A stretch of DNA of 64,000 nt from Neoechinorhynchus agilis (Eukaryota; Animalia; Acanthocephala), in contig CM121342.1 of assembly GCA_051530055.1 (NCBI GenBank), positions 15,887,480 through 15,951,479 of the forward strand, in the 5' to 3' direction. The notes beneath the pieces were generated by a model. It had not been told where the DNA came from. It searched no databases and saw only the letters and a program-made list of their open reading frames with translations. Shown piece after piece: positions 1 to 11,400 of this stretch. Position numbers and translations under genes: made by a program. How positions within the stretch are numbered: position 1 is the first letter of the stretch; every line of letters starts with the position of its first letter.

Positions 1-890
1 TATGTCCGTTCTGGTGGGGACTGGCAGATATTGTTTGCAGGAGTGCTTGTAAGGTTTGTCTCTCCCCAGGTTCATTTCAAGTTATGATATCCGAGAAGAT
101 TGGGCAGCATGGAAAAAGGAGCATAGGTATAGGGAGGTACGAGGTATAGAAGGATGAAACGAACTAGGATTACGAGTTTTATGCTCGTGTTAAAATGGGG
201 CGATATGCGGTAGAAATTGTGATGGTAGGGTTGATAGGCGTTTTTGTTTTATGAAAATAGTATCAAGGCATTCGGTGAGAAGGGGAGAGTTACTTGTGCA
301 AATTTTAGATGCTCTTTTATGAAACATTTCAAGAGGACGGATTTGAGATTTGGATAGGTTGCAAAATACGGGATGACCGTAGGTGCGGGAGGTAAAATAA
401 AGCTGAAGTAAAATTTGGAGAGATCGGGTGAAGCGGTTATTAAATTTCGGAGGCGTTTGAGGAGATAAATTTTAGAGGTATTGAGCTTGAGATAGAGAGT
501 AATGTACGATTTCCATTTCACGTTTGATTAAAATTGTAAACCCATAATTCCTAGGAAGGTGACTCGTATGATGTCATCTAGAAGCTCCGGGGAGGATATA
601 GGGTTTAGGGAGAATTAAGGGATCATTTTGAAGCATTTAGAGAAATTGAGATGGAGTTTGTGATTGGTGCAGAAGTCTTTTAGGTGTGTGATATCGTTAG
701 AGGTAAAGGATTGGGAGGTGTGATAGTGATTGAGTGATGAGGGTGAATTCGTCGGCATATAAGAAAAGTTTAGAATGAGAGGAGAGAGGTTTGAGGTCGT
801 TTAGGGATATATTAAAGAGAAGTGGTGACAGCACAGCACCTTGAAATACGCCTTTGGTTAGGGATCGGATAATTTCCGAGTGTTCATATA
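1..890 (-). mobile_element. Degenerate non-LTR (LINE, CR1/L2/Jockey-like) reverse transcriptase fragment
   Basis: Manual minus-strand translation gives GVFQGAVLSPLLFNISLND (RT motif GVPQGSVLSPLLF), then LFLYADE (YADD), a stop/frameshift, then FCTNHKLHLNFSKC and VTFLGI. The 249..521 ORF is the post-RT region. Confidence 0.8.
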
Positions 891-969
891 TCAGTGGAGT
901 ATTAAATAGTTCAGAAAAATCTCATATGCTTCTTCCAGGACACGAGTTGCAACAAATCAACTTTCGTGA

Positions 970-1492
970 TTTTGTGAGTGACACAGACTCGGAGTTCTTT
1001 TTTGCTGGTTTTTAAATGGACAAGGATTACAAGATAGCGCTTGTAGTTAGAGATCATAACTTCACGACCCCTGATTCAATAGCCGTCGAATGCGCTCGTG
1101 CTGCTATCCAATGTCTTACTGAGACAAAGTTACGAAATCCTGAACTTTTTTCAAAATACGTAACAAGAGGTCAAAATCGAAGTATCGTTCTTAGATGTTC
1201 AAATGAAGGGAGGCAGGCAGATCTGTTCAATAAAGCAGTCAATGAAGGAATGGTTGCTACAACGGTAACTTATCCAACTGGAATGGTTGATCTGAGCGTA
1301 CTTGGCGTAGGACCGGATACCCGTTTACGAATAGATAAAATTACCGGACATCTTAAACGTTTGTAAAGAGTCTTTTCGGTTACAAATTTTTCTGCTTGCG
1401 TGCTCATGGGATAGAATTAAAATTCAACTCTTGCACTTAAAGATAATACCGTTTTCTATTTAGAGAGGTTAAAGGACATCTTTTTATTGGAG
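970..1492. repeat. Copy 1 of a local duplication of about 500 bp (copy 2 at about 3118-3545)
   Basis: Shared upstream sequence ttttttgctggXttttaaATGGACAAGGATTACAAG, shared CDS, and shared 3' flank ttacaaatttttctgcttgcgtgctcatgggat...gagaggttaaag.acatcttttt. Confidence 0.9.
1016..1366 (+). CDS. PTRH2: Peptidyl-tRNA hydrolase 2 (PTH2) family protein, intronless, catalytically divergent
   Basis: YKIALVVR, ECARAA, RNPELF..Y..RGQ..IVLR and VLGVGP...IDKITGHLKRL align with the PTH2 pattern YKMVLVVR / QCSHAA / RNPEML..W...GQPKVV / VLGIGP...IDKVTGHLKL. Confidence 0.85.
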   Translation: MDKDYKIALVVRDHNFTTPDSIAVECARAAIQCLTETKLRNPELFSKYVTRGQNRSIVLRCSNEGRQADLFNKAVNEGMVATTVTYPTGMVDLSVLGVGPDTRLRIDKITGHLKRL

Positions 1493-1529
1493 ACATTTTT
1501 CAAATTAATTACCGATAGAAAATCCTTTG

Positions 1530-2280
1530 GGTTAGTCAAAGTATAATTGTGGTGAAAATACTCCGGGTAATAGCAAATTTGATTTATTTGAGATATTTCG
1601 CGAGGTGACCTCGCCCCGTCAGTCATCTTAAAATATGTTTTACCCATATAGGTTTTAAGCTCGAGTGCGCGGGATCGCCAAACCCGAAGTTCGGGGTCAA
1701 TTATCCGTCCATGATTTTAGTATTGATTTTTAACACGTCGCTGGCTGGGAGTTTCAAGCTAAAATTAGCTTTATTTCCTTCCATTGTGTTGAACACAGCG
1801 ATGTGTAAGGCCTCCAAAACAAGACGTCCTTTTAAGTTTTGCTCTATTTCTATAAAGTTGGTGCCACCAAAATCCGCTCGATGCTTACATGTCTCTTGAT
1901 GATTTGAGATTGCCGACGAATGCTCAAATCGACTGCAGGCTTGCTTATGTTTGTTTGTCCGTGCATTCTATATATCCCATGAGTCGGCTCAGTTTTGCCC
2001 TTCTTATTGAATGTGCTTCTGAGAGCGATTCCTTTTGTGTTGTATAGACAAATTCCAGTCTTACTCATAATAGAGTAAATCATTTGATTCGTGTCATCTT
2101 CAATGAAGTGCACTATTTCGAATCATACATGCTCTGCAGAAGATTTGTTGTTGTTATACGGATGTTAGTTACTGCCTCTGGCTCCCCGGTCTATAATCCA
2201 TTCGGGATATCCCCTCATTTTTCAGCTCCTGTACTATCCTCTCCCTTATGCTGTTCCATGCAAAACGAGTAGATGAGATA
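1530..2280 (-). mobile_element. Penelope-like element 3' remnant (GYP motif, GIY-YIG C-terminus, pseudo-LTR with hammerhead)
   Basis: Minus frames give RGYPEWII (about 2190-2215), THGIYRM and DFGGTNFIEIEQNLKGRLVLEALHIAVFNTMEGNKANFSLKL (stop 1701-1703). The last aligns with the GIY-YIG ORF at 20625-20975. A hammerhead motif follows about 75 nt downstream. Confidence 0.7.
1589..1625 (-). ncRNA. Minimal hammerhead ribozyme motif (A9>G, probably impaired)
   Basis: Minus strand reads TGA CTGACGG G GCGAGG-TCA-CCTCGC GAAA TAT C TCA, then AATAAAT. Confidence 0.65.
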
Positions 2281-2489
2281 AAAGAAGCTCTTCAGAAGTA
2301 ATAAGTGACAGCCGAGATTTTATGCTTCATCGGTTCCGCATGTAAATATTCGCCAATATTCTCAGTAGGTCTAAATTAAATTACTTTGCTAAAACCGAAC
2401 ATTTCAGCAACAAAAATATAACATGAAATGCAGCTTCTTAATAGAGTTTAAACGCTATCTAGAAATAGGTTGTTAATTGGCTAGCATAT

Positions 2490-2702
2490 TTAACCAGTCC
2501 TTATTAATTCCTCAATGAGAACTGAAACGTAGAACATTTTGTGTACCGTTGGTATAAATAACGAAGGGAGCTCATCGCAATATTTTTTGGTTGATAAATA
2601 CCATGAATCACATTCATCAATGGCATTCATGTTTGAGAAGTCAAGTACCAGAACAACGATACTGAATTTTCTATCGTTGTATTCAATCAAATCACTTGCC
2701 AT
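2490..2702 (-). CDS. Possible small-GTPase-like fragment
   Basis: SIVVLVLDFSNMNAIDECDSWYLSTKKYCDELP resembles the post-switch-II strand/helix of Ras-family folds. No P-loop or NKxD motif was seen. Confidence 0.2.
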   Translation of the reverse strand: MASDLIEYNDRKFSIVVLVLDFSNMNAIDECDSWYLSTKKYCDELPSLFIPTVHKMFYVSVLIEELIRTG

Positions 2703-2829
2703 GCTTTATTTCTTTTTTCTCTGGTTTTCCGTTTGCCGAAATAGAGAACTCACTGCTCGCGTACAGAAACCTAAACGTTAATTCTGAAAAGTAATATTAT
2801 GGTCACAATAATCCACCTTAAAAAGGGAA

Positions 2830-3090
2830 AAGAATAACCATGGAGATTTATCGGAAGCTTGCAACGGGGAAATTCTGGGGAGTTATTGCGATGGGCCCTA
2901 TAAGCTTGCTTTTGAAGAAGTTTCAAGATGGGGGTTATCCATGGTGTTTCGTGGTTGGAGATACTAATGAATTTCTGGGGAATTGTAGAATTTAAGGAAT
3001 TTTTATGGCTGAGGTTAGGGAGGACATGGCCACGTGAGGGTATTTTGTGTTGCCAGATTGGAATATGCGAATATCAGAATTGAGCAAATC
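2830..3090 (-). mobile_element. LINE ORF2 fragment (pre-RT region)
   Basis: Minus translation SNHETPWITPILKLLQKQAYRAHRNNS contains the PWIT motif found upstream of the RT in CR1/L2-type elements. Its purine-rich plus-strand composition matches 1-890. Confidence 0.5.
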
Positions 3091-3164
3091 CATGGGTATT
3101 AAATGCTTCTATCGAGATTTTGTGAGAATGACACAAATCAGAGTTATTTTTTGCTGGGTTTTAA

Positions 3165-3430
3165 ATGGACAAGGATTACAAGATAGCGCTTGTTGCTAAG
3201 GATCATAACTTCACAACCCCTGAATCAATAGTCCTTGAATGCGCTCGTGCTGCCATCCAATGTCTTACTGAGACACAGAAAACGAAATCCTGAACTTTTT
3301 TCAAAATACGTATCTAGAGGTCAAAATCGAAGTATCGTTCTTAGATGTTCAAATGAAGGGAGGCAGGCAGATCTGTTCAATAAAGCAGTCAATGAAGAAA
3401 TGGCGGACCGGGCATATTAAACGTTTGTAA
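3165..3430 (+). pseudogene. PTH2-like pseudogene (second copy)
   Basis: ATG at 3165 gives MDKDYKIALVAKDHNFTTPESIVLECARAAIQCLTETQ. A +1 frameshift then gives an early TGA, and about 90 nt corresponding to roughly 1250-1343 of copy 1 are deleted. Confidence 0.85.
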
Positions 3431-3589
3431 AGTGTCCTTTTTGTTACAAATTTTTCTGCTTGCGTGCTCATGGGATCGAATTAAAATTCAACTCCTAAAG
3501 ATAATATCACCTTCCATTTTGAGAGGTTAAAGAACATCTTTTTCCACTAAATTTAGCTGTTGATACTGTGATTGAAATGTTCCTCATCG

Positions 3590-3790
3590 AAACCGTTAAT
3601 GTATATTCGACGGGATGCCCTTGATCCCAGTTAAGGGTCAACTGGTTCGAATCCGTTACCGCCAATGACGCACAACCAAAGGTTACGAAATACCACTGAA
3701 GGGAGGAACTCACTGATGAGTCCCGCCTACTGGAGGTATCTGAGAATCCGGAGGAATGTACAAACTCATACCGGATGGTCCAGTGTATTG
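3590..3790 (+). mobile_element. Possible PLE 3' end with a decayed hammerhead (3709-3744)
   Basis: MYIRRDALDPS*GSTGSNPLPP resembles the PLE C-terminal EAxYIRxxxPxLNxxxGxxxLP pattern. It is followed by CTCA CTGATGA GTCC-CGCCTACT-GGAG G TAT C TGAG (helix I intact, GAAA lost). Confidence 0.45.
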
Positions 3791-5476
3791 AGTGATTTAA
3801 TTACTTCTCCGAACCAGATCGGTGGCCTGTGTGCTCGAAAAATTATCAGTCGTGATAAAAGGCCACACATTGATACTTAATTATTTAAATTATTCGTGAT
3901 TTTTTTAAGTCTGGCTAGCCGGTTACGTATATTCTGTGTTGAAGTAAGGCCTTTTCCACGACTGATAATTTTGTAACCCGCCATTTAATGTCAATGGCGT
4001 TCTAGTTCTTTGCATTTTATAAAACCCTATTTTAGTCGATTGATTCGCGTTGCCTAAACAAACGAAATGATTTGAACACCGGGAATTTAGTAGGGCGATG
4101 GTTGTTTTGAGCGTTGTCAGTGTTTTTTCACTATTTGAAAAACCTAAAACATTGTGCAAAAATGTTGGAATGGTATTGGAAGCGAGAAGAGTAAAATCAT
4201 TAATGTTGCAGTACGAATTGCCCGTTATCCATTGAAGTTGTAAATTAAAGTATTCGCAAATTAATGTTTCGAATATTATTCTGAATAAAATATCAAAAGC
4301 TTTTATGAAAACACTTGGGACTAATAAGGTGTTTAAAGCAAAGTAGTTTGGGCCGATTAAAAGTTCTAAAAACGACGCACGACTGAACACATTTTAGTTC
4401 CCTTAAGCAACAAATTGTCATCAAAAAGCTTTAGTCGAGATCGAATATTGTTTGAACCGCACCACAAGAGTATTTTAGCGGGCTCAAAGTGCCCGGTGGT
4501 CATGTTTTCAAAATTTTGAGGGGAAAATTTAGTTTAAGATACGAGTTTCACATATGCAAGATAAGCGAAGTTCGAATCAATGATCCGGATTAGAAGGACG
4601 TGTTTGTTTACGACTGCGTATGAAGCATTGGCAGGGAAATTCGAGATTAAAAAGAAGATTCGTCATACTACAGTTATGGTAAGTAAATATCCAATGTCCC
4701 CGTTACCATCTGAAAGGGTTCAAATGTCACATTGATTTTTTATGACATGACACAACGGGTTTTTTCTTTAGCCAGCAAAGATTCTGTCCATCTTTCGCCA
4801 CATAATTAATCTTAGGGAAAGCTGCAGAAGGAATTCATCTTGTGTAACACCAGGAAGGGCCTAAGAAGTACGGATAGACACTGCATGGAAGAAGACTTTT
4901 TCTGCAAAACTAAACACCGTTTGTGCGACCAACCGAAGGATGGACTTTTGCATGCAGACATAAACGAACGGCAGAGCACGTGGCAGATCAGCAGAGAATA
5001 AGAATCCACGGGTATGCGAAGGAAAAGAAACCGTACACACGCCAAATCTTTGTGTATCAGCCACAAGCTCCCACCGGTAGGTATTCCTGCTTTATTATTA
5101 GACTCGGATGAATCCCAAAGAAGCTGCGAAAACATCTCCCCGTTTGCCTAATCGAAATATCAGTAGATTCCTTCTCCTCATGAAGCGGTGATAAACTGGT
5201 TCTTGGGCATCGGGTCTATGGATCGTAATCTTGACACTTTCCTAAAGACGGCCTTTTGTCCCATTGATCAAGTCTGCGTTTTTTGTCTGTCTATCCACCA
5301 TCAGAACTCCTAGTGGGAAGCTCTATTATTGTGTGTTCGTGAAGGAGTGTGCGAATGTACAAAAAGTCTAGAAAGAAAAAGATAGTCGCCGATAAGGTTG
5401 ATGAAAGTAATACAGGAGCCTCATTTGAAGCGTATCGCGCCGTCGTTGCTCTTATATTAACCCGTTTCTAGCACAA

Positions 5477-7803
5477 ATGGCTCAGCACAATTTGACGTCC
5501 AATAACCTAACAGCCGCTCACATCGATCAGGAAGTAAATAGTCTAATCAGCGAAGGATACACACTGCTCCAATTGTTTCGCTCTACTTCAATCTTAGGTC
5601 TGCAAACCGACTACAACCAAGTGTTCACTTTTTTCCTAACATAGCAATGACTGCCGGATACAGTCTGGTGGAATGTGGATCAATAAGAAGCCAAAATGCT
5701 GTACATACACTCTTCAGGCTTATTCTCTTTCTTAGTTAGCACACTTTTGTATCGGGAATCTTCCTTATAGATCCACCTTAGCCATTACAAATCTATGCTT
5801 CTGGGGCGTCGGATACGCTTTTGCCTTCGGGATCCCCGCAAATGGAATGCTTGGGCATGGCTATTGGTTCACCAAGAACCTCAATGAAGCCGTATTTGAT
5901 TCAAGCTACGATAAATACAATCATGTATTTTTTCACACAACACTTGCGCTACTTGTTGCAATGAGCAGCAGTTCCGCATTTGCTGAGCGATTCAAAGTTT
6001 ATGGCAGTGTGGTCTATTGCAGTCTTATAACAGGTTTGGTCATTTTAATTCAAATTGCCTCTAATTTGTTGCCTTAAAAGCATTTGTATATCCAGTCATT
6101 TGTCATTGGATGTGGAGTTCCCATGGATGGCTAAATAAGCTTGGAGCAACCGTAAGTATTTCTCTTTATGAAGCCTCAGGGATTATATTGAATGTCGCCG
6201 CAGCACTTTAAAATTGAATACAATTGATAATCGGCTTATTCCTGTGAGATCATAATAGACGTCGCGTGCTCTTAAAGATTCTGAGAGATAAATAGAAGGG
6301 AGAAATGTCATAATATTGATTGCCTTAGATAAACATAGGCGAGCTATCATTCAAGGTCCCAGAAACCTCTTAATCATGAAGGACAAAGGTCTCAAGAGTG
6401 TGCTCCTTTTTACGGAAACGCTTAGATGTTGAATTTTTTAGATTCAATCCTAAGTGGTCAATAAATAATACAATGAAAATCACTTTGATCATTGCTTTCT
6501 CACAACGCCCGATTCGTAATGCGTTTAGGACATTCGGTTTAATGCCCATTTTGGTGCACACTGCAGATGTATTGCCAAGATATGCCTTTATAGTCTAATA
6601 GGAGACCTGTTTCTAAATTCTTTTCTGAATTAATTTTCTTACAGGACTCATGTGGGTCTTCAGTCATCTTTCTCACATCCGGTGTTGCTGGCCTTGTCGG
6701 TACCTGGTTTCTCGGTCCACGGCATGGCAGATTTATTCCTCGTTTGTTACCACTATTTGGTCACAATATGCCGATTCAAACAATCGGCCACATCCTCATT
6801 TATTACGGATTCCTAAGCCTCAATTGCTGTACCAATGTTCAATCTTCGATTACCGATCTCAACATAATCGGTCGCGGCGCCTATAACACAATCATAGCTG
6901 GGTCAACAAGCGGACTAGAATTTTATCTTCTCACAAACTTCTGGTCCATGCATGGATCACGACTTAAGCGGAGGTTTCATTTATCTTTGTCAAACTCTGT
7001 GATCGCTGGAATGGTAATTTATTTCTATTCAAATACATACTAACCCCTGGATAAAGGTGTCGGTATCAAGTGGTGCGCCTGTGTACGAGCCATGGGCGTC
7101 AGTCATTTCTGGTCTAATCGTACCTCCGATTTACATTTTATTCAGCAAGGCGACATCCAAGCTACGAATAGACGATCCTGCCGATACGTGCTCTGGTATG
7201 CGACTTGGCAAATATTAATATCCATTTTCAATTATAAAAATAGCACATTTATCTGGAGGTCTAGTGGGAATGCTCCTGGTCAGCGGACTAAAGGTCCTAA
7301 GTGGCGGACATCATTACGTTACGATCTCGCATCTCGGAATAAGGGCAATCAAAAATGGCTGGTGGATCCTACTATGGAATACGTGTGCCTGTCTGGTCAT
7401 TATTCTATGGACCTCAATCCTCATTATCGTTTTATTTCTTTGCTTTTCCATCTCACAAAATTATAGATTTTCATTTGAGGACGAGATTAGGGGTAAGGAT
7501 TGAGTACTCATTTTTCCGTATTGAAAAATAAACTAACACTTAGGCGTCGATCTGTATAGATACGGAGAGCCTGCGTATGCACTTAGAATCTATTGTGCAT
7601 CTTGTGGCGAGCAGCTTCAATCAAGAGTAATTGATTCGAATTCGATTTGTGTTGATCAAAACAACGAAGAAGGCTTGAGTAGTAGAAACGGGAAATTAAT
7701 TCCAGTACCTCGGCAAAATACTATCATTACGGACGCCGAAGGAGCTATTGTGCCCATTGAATGTCTTACTGACAGATCAAGCAGTCGTGAATATAACGGA
7801 TAA
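5477..7803 (+). CDS. amt: Ammonium transporter (Amt family), multi-exon
   Basis: Exons give GYSLVECGSIRSQNA, FWGVGYAFAFG, SAFAER, FVYPVICHWMWSSHGWL, LGPRHGRF, IDDPADTCSAHLSGG and GVDLYRYGEPAY, with GT-AG introns and TAA at 7801-7803. Confidence 0.9.
6300..6590 (-). mobile_element. Possible LINE ORF1-like remnant inside the long Amt intron (about 6152-6644)
   Basis: NALRIGRCEKAMIKVIF...LNLKN...FVLHD* resembles the RxG...RPxxVxF...FIxxDLT pattern of CR1/L2 ORF1 proteins. This intron is about 10 times longer than its neighbours. Confidence 0.3.
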
Positions 7804-8424
7804 ACCAATTATCCCAAAACGTACATTGTAAATTGACGATTCGCTATCGTTGTTTGACAAACCTTACTGTTATAAGAACTGATAAGTCGTTTGCTAAACA
7901 GTTGTTTTTAAACAAAGGGCACTACGTTGTGAAAAACTTAAAAGGCATTTTTTATTAAGAAAGGTATCAATTTTATAGTTCGATTTCGAATTCAGTAGAA
8001 TCATAATTACGCGTCAGTGCTTTTTTTGCTAATTTGGCAAACCATTAAATGGAATAACCGTGAATTTTTGGTCCAATCTTTCGATTAAGGAAGTTACTAT
8101 GCATAAATTTTATCACATAACGCCACTATTTCACCGGTGCAACGCAAATTTTCAAAAGAATGAATTGATACAATTCACAAGCAACATATCCATTATATAA
8201 AAATCAATCTTAGCTAACATTATGTTTCCCTAATTTCTCGAAAGTGCAATAATCTGGCGACCAGCTTAAGACAAAGATGACCCACTAACCTTTTCGAAAC
8301 TTTAAAATAGATAATGTAATTTATCTACCGTTCAGTTTTTAAATCGCATTTACAACCCTCATCTTTTATTTCTTGATAATCTTTGATTTCACTGAGCTAT
8401 TATGTTTTATTTTTCCTTCGATTG

Positions 8425-11400
8425 TCACTGATCTAATTCAAGATATATTCGTCCCCTTGTTTTCAGTTTAACATTCACAATATTGAAATACTCCCAGCAG
8501 TCATCAGACAAGATAATATTAAGTGGTGTAAGGAGTGAAGCAAGTTCGTTTGCTACACATTCCCTCTTCCAATCACTTTCATTCACGTCACAATCCAAAT
8601 CAATCCAGCACTGTCGGAACCGATATCCTTCGTCTAAATGAATATCCAAATGCGCTCCATACCACCCAGGCATTTCAGTGATAGCGTTCATCTCGCGGAC
8701 TGTCCATTGTGCGTAATTGCTGTGAAGCACAAAGTCTTGTTGGTTCGAAGCCAAAATTGATAATGGGTCAAATCCTAAATGAACCTCGCAGATCCGTCGT
8801 GAGTACAAATTCTGCTTCATTGCAGGGTATATACAAGTTAAAAGACTAATTCTCCATTTGACAATATCAATTCTTTTTGTTCGAAGCATAAAATAGTTAA
8901 CAAAATCGCGAGGTGATTCGATTTCGTACTTGATCAGCTCGACAACTACATTCGATTTCGATTCTCGGATTTTGTGTTTCAGTTTACGTTGCATCGCCAT
9001 TGAATTTAAAACATAAGAAGATGTGGAACTATTCAGTGATTCGGGCAATTCAGTGAGTAGATTCTGGTTTATCATTGCCTTTTGAACATGGTCGGTGCGT
9101 TTCACGGAAAATCGAAGAGGTGGAGAGGTAAGTAGGAAATCCGATCGGATGAGCTGTTCAACGGTTATTGCGGAAAAGCTGAAACACGCTGCGACGCATT
9201 GCTTACAATTGAAAATCTTCAGTTTGGATGGTGAATAACTTTAACGGTAAGAGTTTCAAAGTGCTTAGACACTATGTAATAAGTAAACTTCCAGAGAATT
9301 TCTCATGAAGGCAAGAAAAAGTGTTAAATGTGTAAATTCATACTCAAGACATAGGTACCAAAAAGATGCTGCAATCGATAAGCGGCTGATTATTTAATAT
9401 TTTAATTAAAATCAAACTTAAAAACCTCTCGGTTTTGATCTTTATGTGATATAACACTAAAAAGCACGGATCACATTCACAAAAAATGAAAATTTAACAG
9501 TTAATCAAGCTGAAGATTTAGACCTTATTTGCGGCGATTATTGTGTGAATATATCCAACGTGAATTTTTACTGGAACATTAACAATAAATGGTTGCGAAA
9601 GGGCCGAATCATCAGGATTACTTGAAACTGAATCTGTTCTACTATTGCATCTTGAAAATGACCAATCAAAAGTTGGACGACCTGGTTGAAATGCATCGTC
9701 CCCACCGCTTCCAATGTAGGGATCGTCGTTTACATTCATTCGACATTCATCTGGACATAGCGTTGCCTCGCTTGGGTTTCGCCTCAGTTCATCAAATTGC
9801 ATTGGAAATTGTTTTCCATTGACGGAAGGGCGGATGGATGATCCGGATGGAAGGGCTGATCGACATCGTGAATTCTCTGAGTTCTTCTCGTACGGATCAT
9901 AGTAATGTTGTTTCTGCTGCCAGGCTGTAGCAGGGCGGCTGAGTCTGGATCGTGGTGGCTCAGATAATTTATAAAATACCATTTCTGTGCTAGGCGCCTT
10001 ACTAATTTCGTTTTGAGGTTGTATAGTGAAGCGGAGACGGGTACCAATGTCAGGTTCGTCGTGACCACAGGAATCATTTGACGAAGATGTACTTTGGATG
10101 CTTGGACTTCGACTACGAGATGGTGTTTCCTGGAAATCATTGACTATAGCGTCACTAGAATCTCTAATCGGCCAATTTTCAAGAGCTGTTCGACCGAATT
10201 TCGGTGACCCGGATGACAATGAGGATGACCGAGTAGCGTTATTCCGGAACAATGAGTACGAGCTCTGGATTGTTTCTGGTCCATAGAGCTCAGCTGATGT
10301 GGCAGGACGTTGAGGTGGTTCTTCAACATGCTCGGCGTTGCCTTGATTTTCAGATGAATTGCGTTTTGCTTTAGATTTGCGAAAGCGGTGCTTTTTTCGT
10401 AAATTGGACATTGAACTCATTGCACTGTCGTTGTTATCTTTGCTTTTAAAGAAGCCTGCACGTGGGGGAATTAATACAAAACTGTGTTCAGAAGACCGAA
10501 TTCACGCTGCTTTCTTATGCCCAAAAATGACTTCTCGGATCAAATGGACAGCTAGGGAAACACCAATCAAAATGTAAGTTTCCTTTTTCTATGACCAAAC
10601 GTTTATTAGCAGCAATTTACGAAACTAAATCCCCAGCTAGAAAGTATTGAGTGAAGCCTTTTACTTTTTGTATGAACAAGTTCGCATACAAAACGAACCT
10701 GCAATTAGACCTGCTCCCATTTTTCAATCAATAGAGGTCCAACAAGTATTCTCCAGGATGGTTACTGAAAAACACGCCAAATTTAAAGCAGTACTATAAG
10801 CCCAAAAATAACAAACAGAAATCGAGATGCATTCGGCCGAAAAAAAGAGCGTAAACATACCTAGGAATAATGAGTGGAAAAAAGGATCATTGATTGACGA
10901 GGTTTGGGTTGTATTTGAAGTGGCGGCATTCATTTCCGGTGTCGCTCTTTCTCCTTTTAAACGAGTTCCCATTAAGGTACTGTTTCACGTATATAATACA
11001 CTCACCAAGAATAGGAGTTGGAGATGTGGAATCAATCAAACTTCCAGCAATTAACTTTTTTGAATCTTTGCCCGGAAATAACCAATCAAGCATGTTTTCC
11101 CGGGATCTTTCAGTGACTGGTACAGAAGCCGTTTCAAATCGGAGTTCGCGTGGTCGCTCAGTGCCAGTTGCTTTGCTATCCACGAAAACCTTTAGCATCT
11201 CATCCAGCGTAATTTCATCACAGGCGGATGCGAATTTGTGTGCTGCATCTTTGATTCCTTGAGCACAAGCAGATATGCATTCGGAATATGTCAGAGCGAA
11301 GTTCTTCATCTTTGACAAGTGCTGCTCTTCAATTTCCTGGAAGTTCTAAAATAAATATTCCTTTTTTGTGCTTTATATAAAGCAAAATTTGCTCACATTG

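Noticed and set aside
3639-3664. tRNA (GGTTCGAATCC...CCA)
   Set aside because: The T-stem is bulged, with no acceptor stem, D-arm or anticodon arm at the correct spacing.
3923-5135. ORFs 3923-4390 and the overlapping 4812-5135 cluster
   Set aside because: No recognisable motifs, no clear splice or start context, and mutually overlapping frames.
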